Shown: positions 1 through 9,738, numbered from the stretch's first letter. The stretch is DNA of 62,096 bases from an uncultured virus (IMG/VR IMGVR_UViG_3300034108_002091) (IMGVR_UViG_3300034108_002091), one strand, 5' to 3'. A program made the numbers and translations. The notes: a model not told the origin generated them from the sequence alone.

Positions 1-3000
1 ACGGCATTCGTGAAGATGATACCCTGGTAGAATCTTTCGCTAAGGATCTTAGCCGCCGGTTCAATATATCCGTTGAGTTTGTTACCGAGGCCGATGCCCG
101 CCGGATGGTTCCCAACTATTCGTACCAGCCGGCATTTTACCAGAACGGCAAGGCCTATCTGGTAAAAAATCGCGTGTCCAGGGTATCCGCCATCCATGAA
201 ATCTTCGGCCACCCGTTTCTGGATATCATCGAGAACGAAAACAAGCCTTTGTTTTCCAACCTCAGCGAGAAGGTGCAACAGAACCGGGAGATTATGGAAC
301 GTACCGAGCGGTTCTATCCTGAGCATTTTCCTTCCGGAAAACCCACCAACGAAGGTGTCAAGGAAGCAATTATTTATGCCATTGAGTTGGAAAGCCAGAA
401 GCGTTTGGATAATAAGGGCCTTCTGGCTGCAATACAGTCGTTCTGGAAGGCTATCGAGCGCCGGTTGAAGTCTTGGCTCAACATACCCTCCTTAAGCCCG
501 GATATGAGCATTGAAGACATTACAGACCTTGCTTTTAACGGTGAGTTGGATCTATCGTCTGTCCCGGCCACAATGGAGGTGAAATTCAAAGCCGGCACGC
601 TAGGTATTCAGGACCGCATCTACGACCTGATCAAAAAGGCCAACCGGATGATGAGCCAGATTGTGGATCCTACAGGTAAGGAGCAATATGTCAATTCATT
701 TTCCCCGGACGATAAATACCAGCGTCTGACCGAATTTACCCGCGAGAAGTTTGAATTTGGCAACCGCACGTCCGACGAGATCGCCGAGCATACGGCCACC
801 GGTGACTTCTCCCGCCAGAACAAAAACAAAGTCACTGATAAATACCGAGATAGTGAAGGTACCGAGTATACATTTGACGATTGGGTGAAACAGGTGAAGA
901 TCCGTTACGAGAACATCCGAACCTTTGGTAAGATCGGTCACCTGTACATGGAACTCATTTTTGGCGGCGATCGGGAGAGGATCCAGAAAGACATTACCGC
1001 CCTGAGTACGGAAATCCCTGGTGTGCGTTCCGCTTTCGTGGACCATGACCAGTTCAAATACCTGCTCCAGCCGGAGACCATAGCCCAAATCAAAGAAGAA
1101 TTTGGCATCGATGTGAACGATCGGATTATGTCCGAGACCATCCTTCACAGCGATTTGCTGAAGGTGGCCACCCGCGCGGACGGTATTATCATCAAGGAAA
1201 ACGGCCAGGTAACGCTGGGAGATTATAAGTTTGGTAACCTCTATAACGGAGCGAATACCAACCACATTTTTAAATGGGCGATGGCTCAGGCCCAGTCGTC
1301 TATGCAAAAGTCCAGGCTCAACGATGCTAAGCTGGAAGTGGCCTTTCGTGCAATGATGATGAAGATGCAGAACCCGGAAATCATCTTTGAGGATATGTTT
1401 GTTGCGCAGGTGAATTCCATGCGCGGGGCTCGTAAAGAATCGATCATGCTCCAGGACTATCTAGATATGATCGGTAACTACTACAAGAATGAACAGCCTG
1501 AAGTATATCGTGAGTTGATGAAAAAAGGTGTACTCAATAGCGATATCTACTGGGGTAAAAGCCGATCCCTGAATAAAGCCGAATCAGAAACAGGCGTTCT
1601 TCATAACAAGACAAACTCTACCTACGTCCGCAACCTATACAACGAACTGTTGGTAATTCAGAATCAGTTGAAATCCCTGAATTCTGAATACATCAGTGTC
1701 GCCGAGCGCCGGGCTCGCCAGGGTGTGCTGGAAGATGAACGGCAGCTACTGATTGAAAGCATTCTTTCCATCACCACGGATAAAACGGCTCAGCAGCTGT
1801 TTACCGAGACGGAAGATATCAGCATGCCGGATCTCTATTTCGGTAACAACTATGATGTTAAGAACGAGCTGGCCCAGGTTTACTTTGAAGTGCTGAGGGA
1901 GAAAAAGCAGGCAGCGCGGGAAAAAATTCGTGAAAACACGCAGCAATATGAAAAGGTAGCCAAAGATGTACTGGATGAATACCTGAACAAACGAGGTATT
2001 CCCAAGCTGGCCAACCGGATAGGATTGAATTCTCTTCTCGGCGCCGGCTTTAAATACCACACTGAAGATGGAAACGGTATTTATGACTTTGCCTATGTTT
2101 TTAAACAAGGCTATGGTGGTAATGGATACTACTTGGTTACACCCCAGGATAGCAAATGGAATGAATTGACCGATGCCCAACGAGCATACCTTACGTTCAT
2201 TCAGGAAACCATGGATGATCAGTATAAGAAAGCTGTAGGTGATCGGGTTGTAATGCGTACCCTGGATAAGAACGAAACCCCACAGACAAAAGCACAGATC
2301 TTGGGAAAGCCCGCAGTATTACCTGCAGGCTTCCTTCCAAGACTGCCAGTTCAAACAGACGAGTACACAGAAAAATATGGTATGGGCAAGGGCCTGGCTA
2401 AAAAGTTTGTTACCGATGTGTTTGAAGATTATATCGAGCAGAACTACAACACCTCGGATGATAAGCGCGATGTAGGTATGCCGGTGAAGTTTATGGCCAA
2501 TGAACACAGCATTGTCAGCATTGTAGAACGTCAGGAACACTCGTTTGATCTTGAAACGTCCTATCGCCAGTTCATGAACAACCTATACATGATCGAGGAA
2601 ATGGATGAGGCGCTGGCTCTCGGTCGCGGTGTAGAGGCATGGGTAAAAAATCAGAAAAATGCTGCTGATCAGCCAAAGATGGCCAACTTGGGTAAATTCC
2701 TGGAAGGTCAGCTTCAGCTTCATACGCTGGACACCAAACAGACTACCAATTGGAGCAAGAAGGGCCTGAAATGGACGATGAAAGACGGAAAGCAAATGCG
2801 CATCAACGCGGACCGTGTGATTAAAGGAGTAAAGACGGCCACTACCTATGCTTCTATGTGGTTCCAGCCATTAAACGCAGCAGCCAACGGCGGGCTTATC
2901 CTGACGATGAACCATAAAAACGGTGTAATCGGCTCAGCCATTAAGCGGTTCAAATTCTTAGGCATCGATGAAAAGGAAATTGACTATACCACTTCTGACC

Positions 3001-4250
3001 TTGTAAAAGCGGAAGTAATGTACGGTGAGCTACAGAAAGATATGATTGCCGGCACAATTGAAAATAACAAGCTGTACCAGATCCTCAAGCAGTTCAATTA
3101 CATGCCGGACGCATATGACTATGCTATTCGTAAAGGCGATAAGATAGCGTCAAAAAATGCATTGATCGATCCGTCAACGCCAATGTTTTTGAATACGCTG
3201 GTAGAAGATTTTGGATCCATTACCATCTTAGGTGCGGTGTTGAATCATATGAAGTTTGAAACCAACGATGGAAAGAAAGTATCGGCTTATGATGCGTATG
3301 AGTTGATAGATGCTGAAGGACCGGGTGGTAAAAAATACAAGAAGCTACAGTTCCGGAAAGACATTAAAACAAGGGGTGTGGTTACAAACCAAATCACCGG
3401 TGAGAAAAAAGAGATCCGCGAATTGACCAGTCAGGAAATGACAACCCTGAAACGTATTTCCCAGCGGATACATGGTGCGTACCGCCAGGATGAACGAAGC
3501 AATGCAGAGTTGTATGCTGTGGGTCAAATGTTTCTGCAATTCAAAAAATACCTTCCTACGCTGTTGAGAAATGCTATTGGTTCAGCGTATAAAGACAGGG
3601 CCCAGGGATATTATCGTACTGTGCTGGGGGAAGATGGTAAACCTCAACTGATAGAAGTAGAAGATCCTGTAACGGGTGAGAAGAGAATGGAAACAAAGCT
3701 TGAATGGTATGCCCGTTTAAATGAAGGTCGATTTATTGTCATGACCAACTGGTTACTCGCTTCACTTGGAATGTATAATGAGAATTCCAGGATAGCCAAA
3801 CTGATGGAAAAAATTGGCGTCAAGGCTGTAGGATACAATAAAAACTACAAGTGGGAAAACCTTACGGATGAACAAAAGAAAGCTTTCATGCAAGGGATAA
3901 CTTCTATAGTTGCCTTTGCCATTAGTTGGGTTGCTTTTGGATTGTTGTTTGACGATGATGATAAGGATAAAATGACATACCGGAAAGCAAAACGATTCCA
4001 AGAAGATATGCTTGAAGGTGTTCAGCCCAATGACTTATTGCGTATGCTGAAATCACCAGTTCCGTCTCTGAACCGGGCGTATAACCTCAGCAGTGCATCA
4101 ACAATATTTATTGCCGACTTGCTTACTGGCGAAAGGCAGAAAGATGGAAAACTGCATGGTCAGTCTATGGTGCAGAAATCGCTGCCTATATTTTCCAGTA
4201 TTTACAATATTGATAAACTGATGGGAGAATCAGGAATCCGCATGAAATAG
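1..4250 (+). CDS. Giant virion cargo/ejected-type protein, crAss-like (5'-truncated)
   Basis: Frame is open from position 3, so the gene starts before the window. It has AIHEIFGHP (zincin-like), a PD-(D/E)xK-like motif (SETILHS..RADGII..GDYKFG), and a C-terminal GQMFLQFKKYLP plus a hydrophobic helix resembling the C-termini of crAss-like giant proteins. Confidence 0.65.
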   Translation, partial: GIREDDTLVESFAKDLSRRFNISVEFVTEADARRMVPNYSYQPAFYQNGKAYLVKNRVSRVSAIHEIFGHPFLDIIENENKPLFSNLSEKVQQNREIMERTERFYPEHFPSGKPTNEGVKEAIIYAIELESQKRLDNKGLLAAIQSFWKAIERRLKSWLNIPSLSPDMSIEDITDLAFNGELDLSSVPATMEVKFKAGTLGIQDRIYDLIKKANRMMSQIVDPTGKEQYVNSFSPDDKYQRLTEFTREKFEFGNRTSDEIAEHTATGDFSRQNKNKVTDKYRDSEGTEYTFDDWVKQVKIRYENIRTFGKIGHLYMELIFGGDRERIQKDITALSTEIPGVRSAFVDHDQFKYLLQPETIAQIKEEFGIDVNDRIMSETILHSDLLKVATRADGIIIKENGQVTLGDYKFGNLYNGANTNHIFKWAMAQAQSSMQKSRLNDAKLEVAFRAMMMKMQNPEIIFEDMFVAQVNSMRGARKESIMLQDYLDMIGNYYKNEQPEVYRELMKKGVLNSDIYWGKSRSLNKAESETGVLHNKTNSTYVRNLYNELLVIQNQLKSLNSEYISVAERRARQGVLEDERQLLIESILSITTDKTAQQLFTETEDISMPDLYFGNNYDVKNELAQVYFEVLREKKQAAREKIRENTQQYEKVAKDVLDEYLNKRGIPKLANRIGLNSLLGAGFKYHTEDGNGIYDFAYVFKQGYGGNGYYLVTPQDSKWNELTDAQRAYLTFIQETMDDQYKKAVGDRVVMRTLDKNETPQTKAQILGKPAVLPAGFLPRLPVQTDEYTEKYGMGKGLAKKFVTDVFEDYIEQNYNTSDDKRDVGMPVKFMANEHSIVSIVERQEHSFDLETSYRQFMNNLYMIEEMDEALALGRGVEAWVKNQKNAADQPKMANLGKFLEGQLQLHTLDTKQTTNWSKKGLKWTMKDGKQMRINADRVIKGVKTATTYASMWFQPLNAAANGGLILTMNHKNGVIGSAIKRFKFLGIDEKEIDYTTSDLVKAEVMYGELQKDMIAGTIENNKLYQILKQFNYMPDAYDYAIRKGDKIASKNALIDPSTPMFLNTLVEDFGSITILGAVLNHMKFETNDGKKVSAYDAYELIDAEGPGGKKYKKLQFRKDIKTRGVVTNQITGEKKEIRELTSQEMTTLKRISQRIHGAYRQDERSNAELYAVGQMFLQFKKYLPTLLRNAIGSAYKDRAQGYYRTVLGEDGKPQLIEVEDPVTGEKRMETKLEWYARLNEGRFIVMTNWLLASLGMYNENSRIAKLMEKIGVKAVGYNKNYKWENLTDEQKKAFMQGITSIVAFAISWVAFGLLFDDDDKDKMTYRKAKRFQEDMLEGVQPNDLLRMLKSPVPSLNRAYNLSSASTIFIADLLTGERQKDGKLHGQSMVQKSLPIFSSIYNIDKLMGESGIRMK

Positions 4251-4478
4251 TTGTTCTTGGATTACTTTTCGATCTTCGTTGGTTAGCGGAACACCTTTAG
4301 CCGCGTATGAAAGTAAAAGGCTCGCCGTCTTGTTAAAAAGATGGCGAACCTCTTTTTCATTTACAACAACACCGTCTTTGATCTCAATTTTGATGTTTAA
4401 AGCAATTTCATCAATATTGCCTTCATTGAGATATCGAACAAACGGTTTGTCATCAACAATGACAAAAGAAATTTTCAT
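4230..4478 (-). CDS. Hypothetical protein
   Basis: 82-aa ORF converging on the cargo gene, AT-rich start, TATCTTTC promoter-like motif near 4500. Confidence 0.5.
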   Translation of the reverse strand: MKISFVIVDDKPFVRYLNEGNIDEIALNIKIEIKDGVVVNEKEVRHLFNKTASLLLSYAAKGVPLTNEDRKVIQEQLFHADS

Positions 4479-4575
4479 AATTCGAGGAAAAATTGTCTCG
4501 AAAGATATGGATATTATGAAAACTCATTGTAACCAATTTGTCAATTTGAAGATTTAAAACCGATTGCTAATTTCT

Positions 4576-4800
4576 TTAGCTGAGTGTTTTAGTATTTTGA
4601 ATCAATGCTTTTTCTACATCTTCTTCATAATACTGAGGTACTGTTTTTCTGTTGATTTGGGTAATGCGAATTTGAAGCGTTCCGGAATGTACAAGGCGGC
4701 GCAGTCTTCGCGCACTGGGAATATTTAGTTTGGACATGGCCTCTTCTTCGCTGATCAATTTTATTTTTGCCATGCCGCTAATGTAAAACATTATTAACAT
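4576..4800 (-). CDS. Excisionase-like small HTH protein
   Basis: Small basic protein (LISEEEAMSKLNIPSARRLRRLV..YYEEDVEK) of MerR/Xis-like shape, coupled to the integrase stop codon. Confidence 0.6.
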   Translation of the reverse strand: MLIMFYISGMAKIKLISEEEAMSKLNIPSARRLRRLVHSGTLQIRITQINRKTVPQYYEEDVEKALIQNTKTLS

Positions 4801-5879
4801 TACTCCTTTATCCCTGTAAATAATTTTTTGTACTCTTCGTCGCTTACTCGGTCAATGATCTTATAGTATACAGAACAGACCTTGACGGTAATTCCCATGA
4901 GTTTAGCACAGGCTTCAAGGCTCATGACGTGTGCCGCGCGGACGCCAAACGTATGCCGGGAAATATGAGCAGTCAGCTTTTTCTTTATTCCAGCTGTATA
5001 TCCTACTTCTTTCAGGACCCGATTACAGTACTGGTTGCTATGGTGCATCCCCTTATATCCTACTGCTTCGAGTAGATTTCGGACCTCTTTTACCAGCGGC
5101 ATGCTGATAATCTCTCCTGTCTTGGTGGTGTGTAGCACCAGCCTTCCGGAATGAATATGTTCTTCCTGGTCAAATTGCTGCCAGTCGGAAAACCGTAAAG
5201 CTGTATAGCAACCAATTAAGAACCAGTTGGTAATAAACCGTACTTCCGGCGATGCCTTTGGATTTTGGGCGACGGCGGCTATCCTGGAGAGTTCCGCATC
5301 GGTCAAATGCTGTCGGTGGGGAGACGTGTACTTGGGATATTTAAACCCGATAAACGGATTTTTTCCGATTACCCCGTTCAAATATGACGTGAGAATGATT
5401 TTATGAAGGAATTTAAAGCTCTTCCAGACCGAGTTAGGAGCGTTGCCCAGCTGTATAAGGTAGTGTTGATATCTGGTCAGGAAAGGGCTGTCTATGTCTT
5501 TCAGCTTGATATTTGCTTCCTGGAAGCGGGAGAACTTGTTCATTTCTGTCCAGTTCTGTCGGGTTGTGCCTTTCTTAAGCGTTTTGGATTGATTTTCAAC
5601 AAACTCCATTGCATACTCCATGAAGGTGGGCTCTTTCTTTGCCTTCATAGATCGATCACTTAAAATTTCATACTCTGTTTTGACAATCAACCGTTTCAAC
5701 TCTTCGTTGATCATTTTGGCCTGCGGGCTACCCTGGATGGATCCCTTTTTGAAGTTTGCAGGCAGCACCTTAAATGGAGTGATAATATACCGGCGTTCCT
5801 GTTGATGGGACACGCGAATGTAGATTGTCTTACGGCCCAGGTTATCCGCCCTGCCCATAAGGGTAGCACTTACTTTCAC
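4800..5879 (-). CDS. int: Tyrosine recombinase / integrase (Bacteroidota Arm-type)
   Basis: N-terminal arm domain (IYIRVSHQQERRYI), SAM-like core, catalytic motifs YTALRFSD, K in TTKTG, HISRHTF, and C-terminal Tyr (SVYYK). Confidence 0.92.
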   Translation of the reverse strand: MKVSATLMGRADNLGRKTIYIRVSHQQERRYIITPFKVLPANFKKGSIQGSPQAKMINEELKRLIVKTEYEILSDRSMKAKKEPTFMEYAMEFVENQSKTLKKGTTRQNWTEMNKFSRFQEANIKLKDIDSPFLTRYQHYLIQLGNAPNSVWKSFKFLHKIILTSYLNGVIGKNPFIGFKYPKYTSPHRQHLTDAELSRIAAVAQNPKASPEVRFITNWFLIGCYTALRFSDWQQFDQEEHIHSGRLVLHTTKTGEIISMPLVKEVRNLLEAVGYKGMHHSNQYCNRVLKEVGYTAGIKKKLTAHISRHTFGVRAAHVMSLEACAKLMGITVKVCSVYYKIIDRVSDEEYKKLFTGIKE

Positions 5880-6045
5880 AGTCGTTGGTTTGCAAGCGAA
5901 AATGGAAAAAATTTATTGCATTCCGCATTTTAGCACGCATTTATTTTGTTTGAACCGGTCCGAATCCGCACTTATTGGTATTTATTTGAACGAATTGAAT
6001 CGAACGAAATGCAATAGAATCAAGTGTTTTAGGGCATAAAACAAC

Positions 6046-6070
6046 AAAAGCCGCCATGACAGCGACTTTT
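6046..6070. terminator. Terminator-like hairpin downstream of the att core
   Basis: AAAAGCCGC-CATGACA-GCGACTTTT with flanking T tracts. Confidence 0.5.
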
Positions 6071-6084
6071 GTATTTTTTGCCGA

Positions 6085-6106
6085 GTGATCCGGCTGGGAC
6101 TCGAAC
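6085..6106 (-). other. attP core: 3' end of a tRNA gene (T-loop to acceptor)
   Basis: Minus strand GTTCGAGTCCCAGCCGGATCAC reads as T-loop, 3' T-stem and 3' acceptor strand of a tRNA with no 5' half upstream. It lies 200 bp upstream of int with phage genes on both sides. Confidence 0.8.
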
Positions 6107-6161
6107 TATGTTCTGTTTTCAGGGGTTTCAGAAGGATGCACGCATTTATTCAATCATCTAA

Positions 6162-6566
6162 CTAATCAAACCAAGAAGAGTCAAGATCTTTTTGAGTGAG
6201 CTTTTTCCAGTTGATAATTTTTCCATCTGGTGCAATATCAAAAATAATATAATCACCAAAATGTTTATCTGGAAGAAAGTCAGGAACGTAACAATCTTCT
6301 ATGGTAGCAAGTATTTTTTCTTCACTATCAAGTAAACGATAAATGCCCTCATCACATATTTTCATGTGAATATTATATGTTTCAGGATATTGATTTACAG
6401 GCCAATCTTTGATATAGCCGGTTTCGGCATCAATAGTAACTGTCCACTGGTCATTTTCACGGAAAGGAAAATCATTTGGAATATCTTCTTCCTCATATCT
6501 TACAGGAACACTTACTTGGACATATTTAACGTCAATTTCTACAGTTGCTGGAATGTTGAATTTCAT
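6162..6566 (-). CDS. Hypothetical phage protein
   Basis: 134-aa acidic ORF (HMKICDEGIY..GDYIIFDI..DGKIINW). Confidence 0.7.
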   Translation of the reverse strand: MKFNIPATVEIDVKYVQVSVPVRYEEEDIPNDFPFRENDQWTVTIDAETGYIKDWPVNQYPETYNIHMKICDEGIYRLLDSEEKILATIEDCYVPDFLPDKHFGDYIIFDIAPDGKIINWKKLTQKDLDSSWFD

Positions 6567-6584
6567 GTTTTTGATTTGCTAAGT

Positions 6585-7100
6585 TTATATATCAAATGGT
6601 ATGCGAAGACCAACTGTTTTGTAGCTTTCATCATTTGTACAGGTTCTGTATTGAATTGCTTCTGCGATATGTTCAGCGCGTATTTTATCTACACCTTCCA
6701 TTTGTGCAATTACAGCTGCAAGATCTATAATAATCTGTACATCTGTTACTGAAAACTTTAATCTGTCATAAGCTGTTTTCAGAATTGCAGTAGAGATTGA
6801 GTCAAGCGTCAGATCAGGCTTTTTGTTTTGTTTTGCCTTATCGATTCTTTCCAGAATATCTTTCATTGTTTCTGAATGACTGTTATTTACAATATCAGAA
6901 AAATATGGATGGTGTAAAGAAACTTGAATTTCACCTTTACGATGAAAAGAAACACCTTTGTAAAAATCTCTTATCAATTCTGCATCTAATCGAGGCGAAA
7001 AATATTCTTTGTCAAAATATAATTCAATTGACAACTTTCCAACCGATGCTATTTCATAAGCCCTGGAAAGATTAGGCCATATTCCTATTAAATTTTTCAT
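6585..7100 (-). CDS. Miniature ComM/YifB-like protein (Mg-chelatase C-terminal domain, no Walker motifs)
   Basis: C-terminal IIDLAAVIAQMEGVDKIRAEHIAEAIQYR matches the ComM/YifB terminal motif. N-terminal RAYEIAS matches RALEIAA. No P-loop. Confidence 0.7.
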   Translation of the reverse strand: MKNLIGIWPNLSRAYEIASVGKLSIELYFDKEYFSPRLDAELIRDFYKGVSFHRKGEIQVSLHHPYFSDIVNNSHSETMKDILERIDKAKQNKKPDLTLDSISTAILKTAYDRLKFSVTDVQIIIDLAAVIAQMEGVDKIRAEHIAEAIQYRTCTNDESYKTVGLRIPFDI

Positions 7101-7531
7101 TCTGTCAAAAGTTTAAACTGTGTAGATTCCAATTTTTTCATCACCGATACGCCTGTATGTGGATTGATAGCGTATGCCAAGAATACTTCCAATGATGACA
7201 CTTGTTCCTGAGCAATCATGTCCAGCTGAATTTCAATCCATTCAGCTGTTGTTTTCCAGACGGTGCGTTCAGCCTGGGCTATGATGTTCCTACGAGCCAC
7301 GTCCGTAAGCCTACCTTTATGATTTTTTGCAAGGGTGGCTACATACCTGTCAATACGAACAGGCATTTCAAAAAAGATGGCCGAGTTATTATGTTCTAAC
7401 CGGAACTTTATTCCCGATACTTTGCCGTCCTCAAAGCTTTTGGATATGTTGGTAACACCGGCTTTTGCCAGTAGCGTTTCAATTTTCAGAATCGATTTCG
7501 CTGGTGCTACTGTCGATGTGTAATTTCTCAT
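7097..7531 (-). CDS. Hypothetical phage protein
   Basis: Likely start MRNYTSTV; contains AERTVWK..EWIEIQL. Confidence 0.65.
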   Translation of the reverse strand: MRNYTSTVAPAKSILKIETLLAKAGVTNISKSFEDGKVSGIKFRLEHNNSAIFFEMPVRIDRYVATLAKNHKGRLTDVARRNIIAQAERTVWKTTAEWIEIQLDMIAQEQVSSLEVFLAYAINPHTGVSVMKKLESTQFKLLTE

Positions 7532-8027
7532 TATCTCGTACATTAAAAGGTTCGTAAATTTCATTCAACCGGCCCCTAAGAGCTAATCTTCTAAGGGCAC
7601 TGTACATCATCTGCCATTCCGAATCTATGTTTCGATCATGGTCAATCCATTCTTTGCGAGTACCATACTCTTTGACGATTTCTCGCTGAGGATGAACTAT
7701 AACTTTTAGCTTGCCATTTCTCTCGTAAATCAATCCCCAACCTTCAGGTAGTTCTTCTGGTTTAATGATGTTGACAGGACAACAGTAGTACCGTCTTTTA
7801 CCCATCCCTTTACCTGGTTGTCGATGGTATTTTTTATGGTCACCTAAAAAGTCTGACCGAGAAACTTTGCATTCAATAAGCACACTGTGTCCCCATGAAC
7901 CAAAGCCTATTACATCTGGAATTTCGTTTCCAGAATTTAAGGTTTTCAGTTCCTTAAATGCAAAGCCACAACTTGCATTGTTGACAACCCACTTATAAGC
8001 CAGTGTAACAAGTTCAGAATGAGTCAT
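7479..8027 (-). CDS. PD-(D/E)xK family protein (MmcB-like)
   Basis: EIPDVIGF..SVLIECKVSRSDFLGD and GKRRYYCCP..ELPEGWGL; likely start MTHSELV. Confidence 0.7.
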   Translation of the reverse strand: MTHSELVTLAYKWVVNNASCGFAFKELKTLNSGNEIPDVIGFGSWGHSVLIECKVSRSDFLGDHKKYHRQPGKGMGKRRYYCCPVNIIKPEELPEGWGLIYERNGKLKVIVHPQREIVKEYGTRKEWIDHDRNIDSEWQMMYSALRRLALRGRLNEIYEPFNVRDNEKLHIDSSTSEIDSEN

Positions 8028-8538
8028 GATAAACTTTAAGACATAAATTTTCAGCAAACACCCAAAGTTTACAGACTTTCTGGTTGAGATCTTCCAACGT
8101 TCCTGCATTGGGAATTATAAAATCAGCTTCTTCCCAAATGTTGATGTTAAACGAGTCTTTTGGCTCTTCCGGTTTACGAGGATCATACACGCCAATGATG
8201 ACATCAAATAATCCTTGTTCTTTGCAGGCTTCGATTTCATCATGTGAGCGCATACCCACGTACATATCAGAAGTTGCTAATATCTTTTTTGCGAGTCTGG
8301 CTTTATCCGGTGTATTGTAATCACAGATAAGGTCATGCCATTCTGCCCGGTGATTGACACGATCTTTAAAGCATTCCTCTGGTGTATTATATCCATATAC
8401 TGGAGCAAGAGCATCGTATAAAAATATACGCGATGCTGCTAGCGAAGATGATTCAAACGTGAAACCGTATCTATCTCTGAGCATTTCTGCAACCGTGTCT
8501 TTTCCGTGGGTCGCGTGACCGATAACCAAGATGTTCAT
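8014..8538 (-). CDS. Nucleotide (dNMP) kinase-like P-loop protein
   Basis: N-terminal IGHATHGKDT P-loop; C-terminal ADFIIPNAGTLEDL. Confidence 0.75.
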   Translation of the reverse strand: MNILVIGHATHGKDTVAEMLRDRYGFTFESSSLAASRIFLYDALAPVYGYNTPEECFKDRVNHRAEWHDLICDYNTPDKARLAKKILATSDMYVGMRSHDEIEACKEQGLFDVIIGVYDPRKPEEPKDSFNINIWEEADFIIPNAGTLEDLNQKVCKLWVFAENLCLKVYHDSF

Positions 8539-8897
8539 TATTTTGATTTTAGATGTTTCTTATGAAGCAATTTTTCAATTTTTAACCAACAGTCCGGAAT
8601 ACCTCCCAGCTGGCGATCATCGATGTATACATCGGCAAAGATTTTCCGGGTATCATTTTTGAACATTTCTATCGCCCAGTCAACATGCTCGTTCAGCTTG
8701 TGGTATTTAATTCCATGTTCGGCTAAAAACTGACGACACAATTCCATAGGATGATCCCAGCGGCAGGTCCAAATGATAATTTCATGTCCTGCATTATACA
8801 GTCGGTTGATTACTTCTTTGGCATGAGGCTTTATCTTTCCGCATTCGGGATAGGTATGCTCAGCAATAGTTCCGTCAAAATCAATTGCTATCACCAT
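8538..8897 (-). CDS. HAD-superfamily hydrolase (capless)
   Basis: IAIDFDGTI, IIIWTCR, KIFADVYIDDR. Confidence 0.85.
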   Translation of the reverse strand: MVIAIDFDGTIAEHTYPECGKIKPHAKEVINRLYNAGHEIIIWTCRWDHPMELCRQFLAEHGIKYHKLNEHVDWAIEMFKNDTRKIFADVYIDDRQLGGIPDCWLKIEKLLHKKHLKSK

Positions 8898-9738
8898 TGA
8901 TTAGGTTTTTGAGTGACCATTTATTTTTGAAAGTGAATCCTGATTGATTTTCCATATCAATCATTTCTTTTAAAAGCTTTGGATTGTGGCGAGCACCATT
9001 TTGTAAATCGTTCAGGCTTCCGAGAACACAGAACATGCAGCTTACTCTATCATTACCCATAGCATATGCTGGGTGAAAAGCCCACCATGTTGGTATTGAT
9101 GATTTTCTTCGGTAATAATCTCTAGCTAAGGATAGTGCAATATTATCCATGTCATAAGTAGCCCATACCTCATCAATGGTGTAATTGAAAATTGGAAACC
9201 ATGTCAGGGCCAGTCGTTTTTTGGGATTGTAGTTTTCAATTGCTTGCTCTACAGTCATTCCCTTGTAATAGGTCGATGTGATATTTGGGCGGATCCTGAG
9301 CGGTGATTTTTTAGCCCTGGCTGGTGATTCTTCTGCGCGGATTCCTTCACAGGAAATGATAAAATTCTCCCTGCGCCGAAAAAACTTGTTAATCGGCTCA
9401 CGCTTTAGATCAGAGGTACAATAACGGTTCTGAGCGCTGCTCCAGAAAGGTTTATTCTCTCCCATGAGCTTGTTCATTCTACGGGCCCAGTATGCCAGCA
9501 GATCCAGCCCATCGGATCGTTTAACCACTTCCAGGGGAATATTAAGTTCGATGCTTTGCTGGATGCACATGGTAAGGCTTTGAGGCCATTCTACCCTTCC
9601 CAGATCGGCATGGATCATCGCTTCTACAGGGTAACCCCAATTCCGAAGGCTTTTGACCATTGCCTGGCCGTCCTTGCCTCCGGAAACACTGGCGTATAAC
9701 TTAGCACCTTTGGTGAGTGCTTTTTGTACTAATTCCAT
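8881..9738 (-). CDS. PAPS-reductase family (PP-loop) protein
   Basis: SVSGGKDG PP-loop, RYCTSDLK, EGIRAEESPAR, RVSCMFC. Confidence 0.85.
   Translation of the reverse strand: MELVQKALTKGAKLYASVSGGKDGQAMVKSLRNWGYPVEAMIHADLGRVEWPQSLTMCIQQSIELNIPLEVVKRSDGLDLLAYWARRMNKLMGENKPFWSSAQNRYCTSDLKREPINKFFRRRENFIISCEGIRAEESPARAKKSPLRIRPNITSTYYKGMTVEQAIENYNPKKRLALTWFPIFNYTIDEVWATYDMDNIALSLARDYYRRKSSIPTWWAFHPAYAMGNDRVSCMFCVLGSLNDLQNGARHNPKLLKEMIDMENQSGFTFKNKWSLKNLINGDSN

Larger units (their letters stand above)
5933..6150. repeat. Putative integrase arm-binding direct repeats
   Basis: GCACGCATTTATT at 5933-5945 and 6138-6150 flanks the att core. Variants CCGCATTTTA (~5923) and CCGCACTTATT (~5966). Confidence 0.6.

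Noticed and set aside
196..4001. Many short antisense or alternative-frame ORFs inside long genes (here and throughout the window)
   Set aside because: Shadow ORFs of real coding sequence with no motifs or start signals.
6085..6106. Complete tRNA gene
   Set aside because: Only the T-loop and 3' strand are present; treated as an att core.
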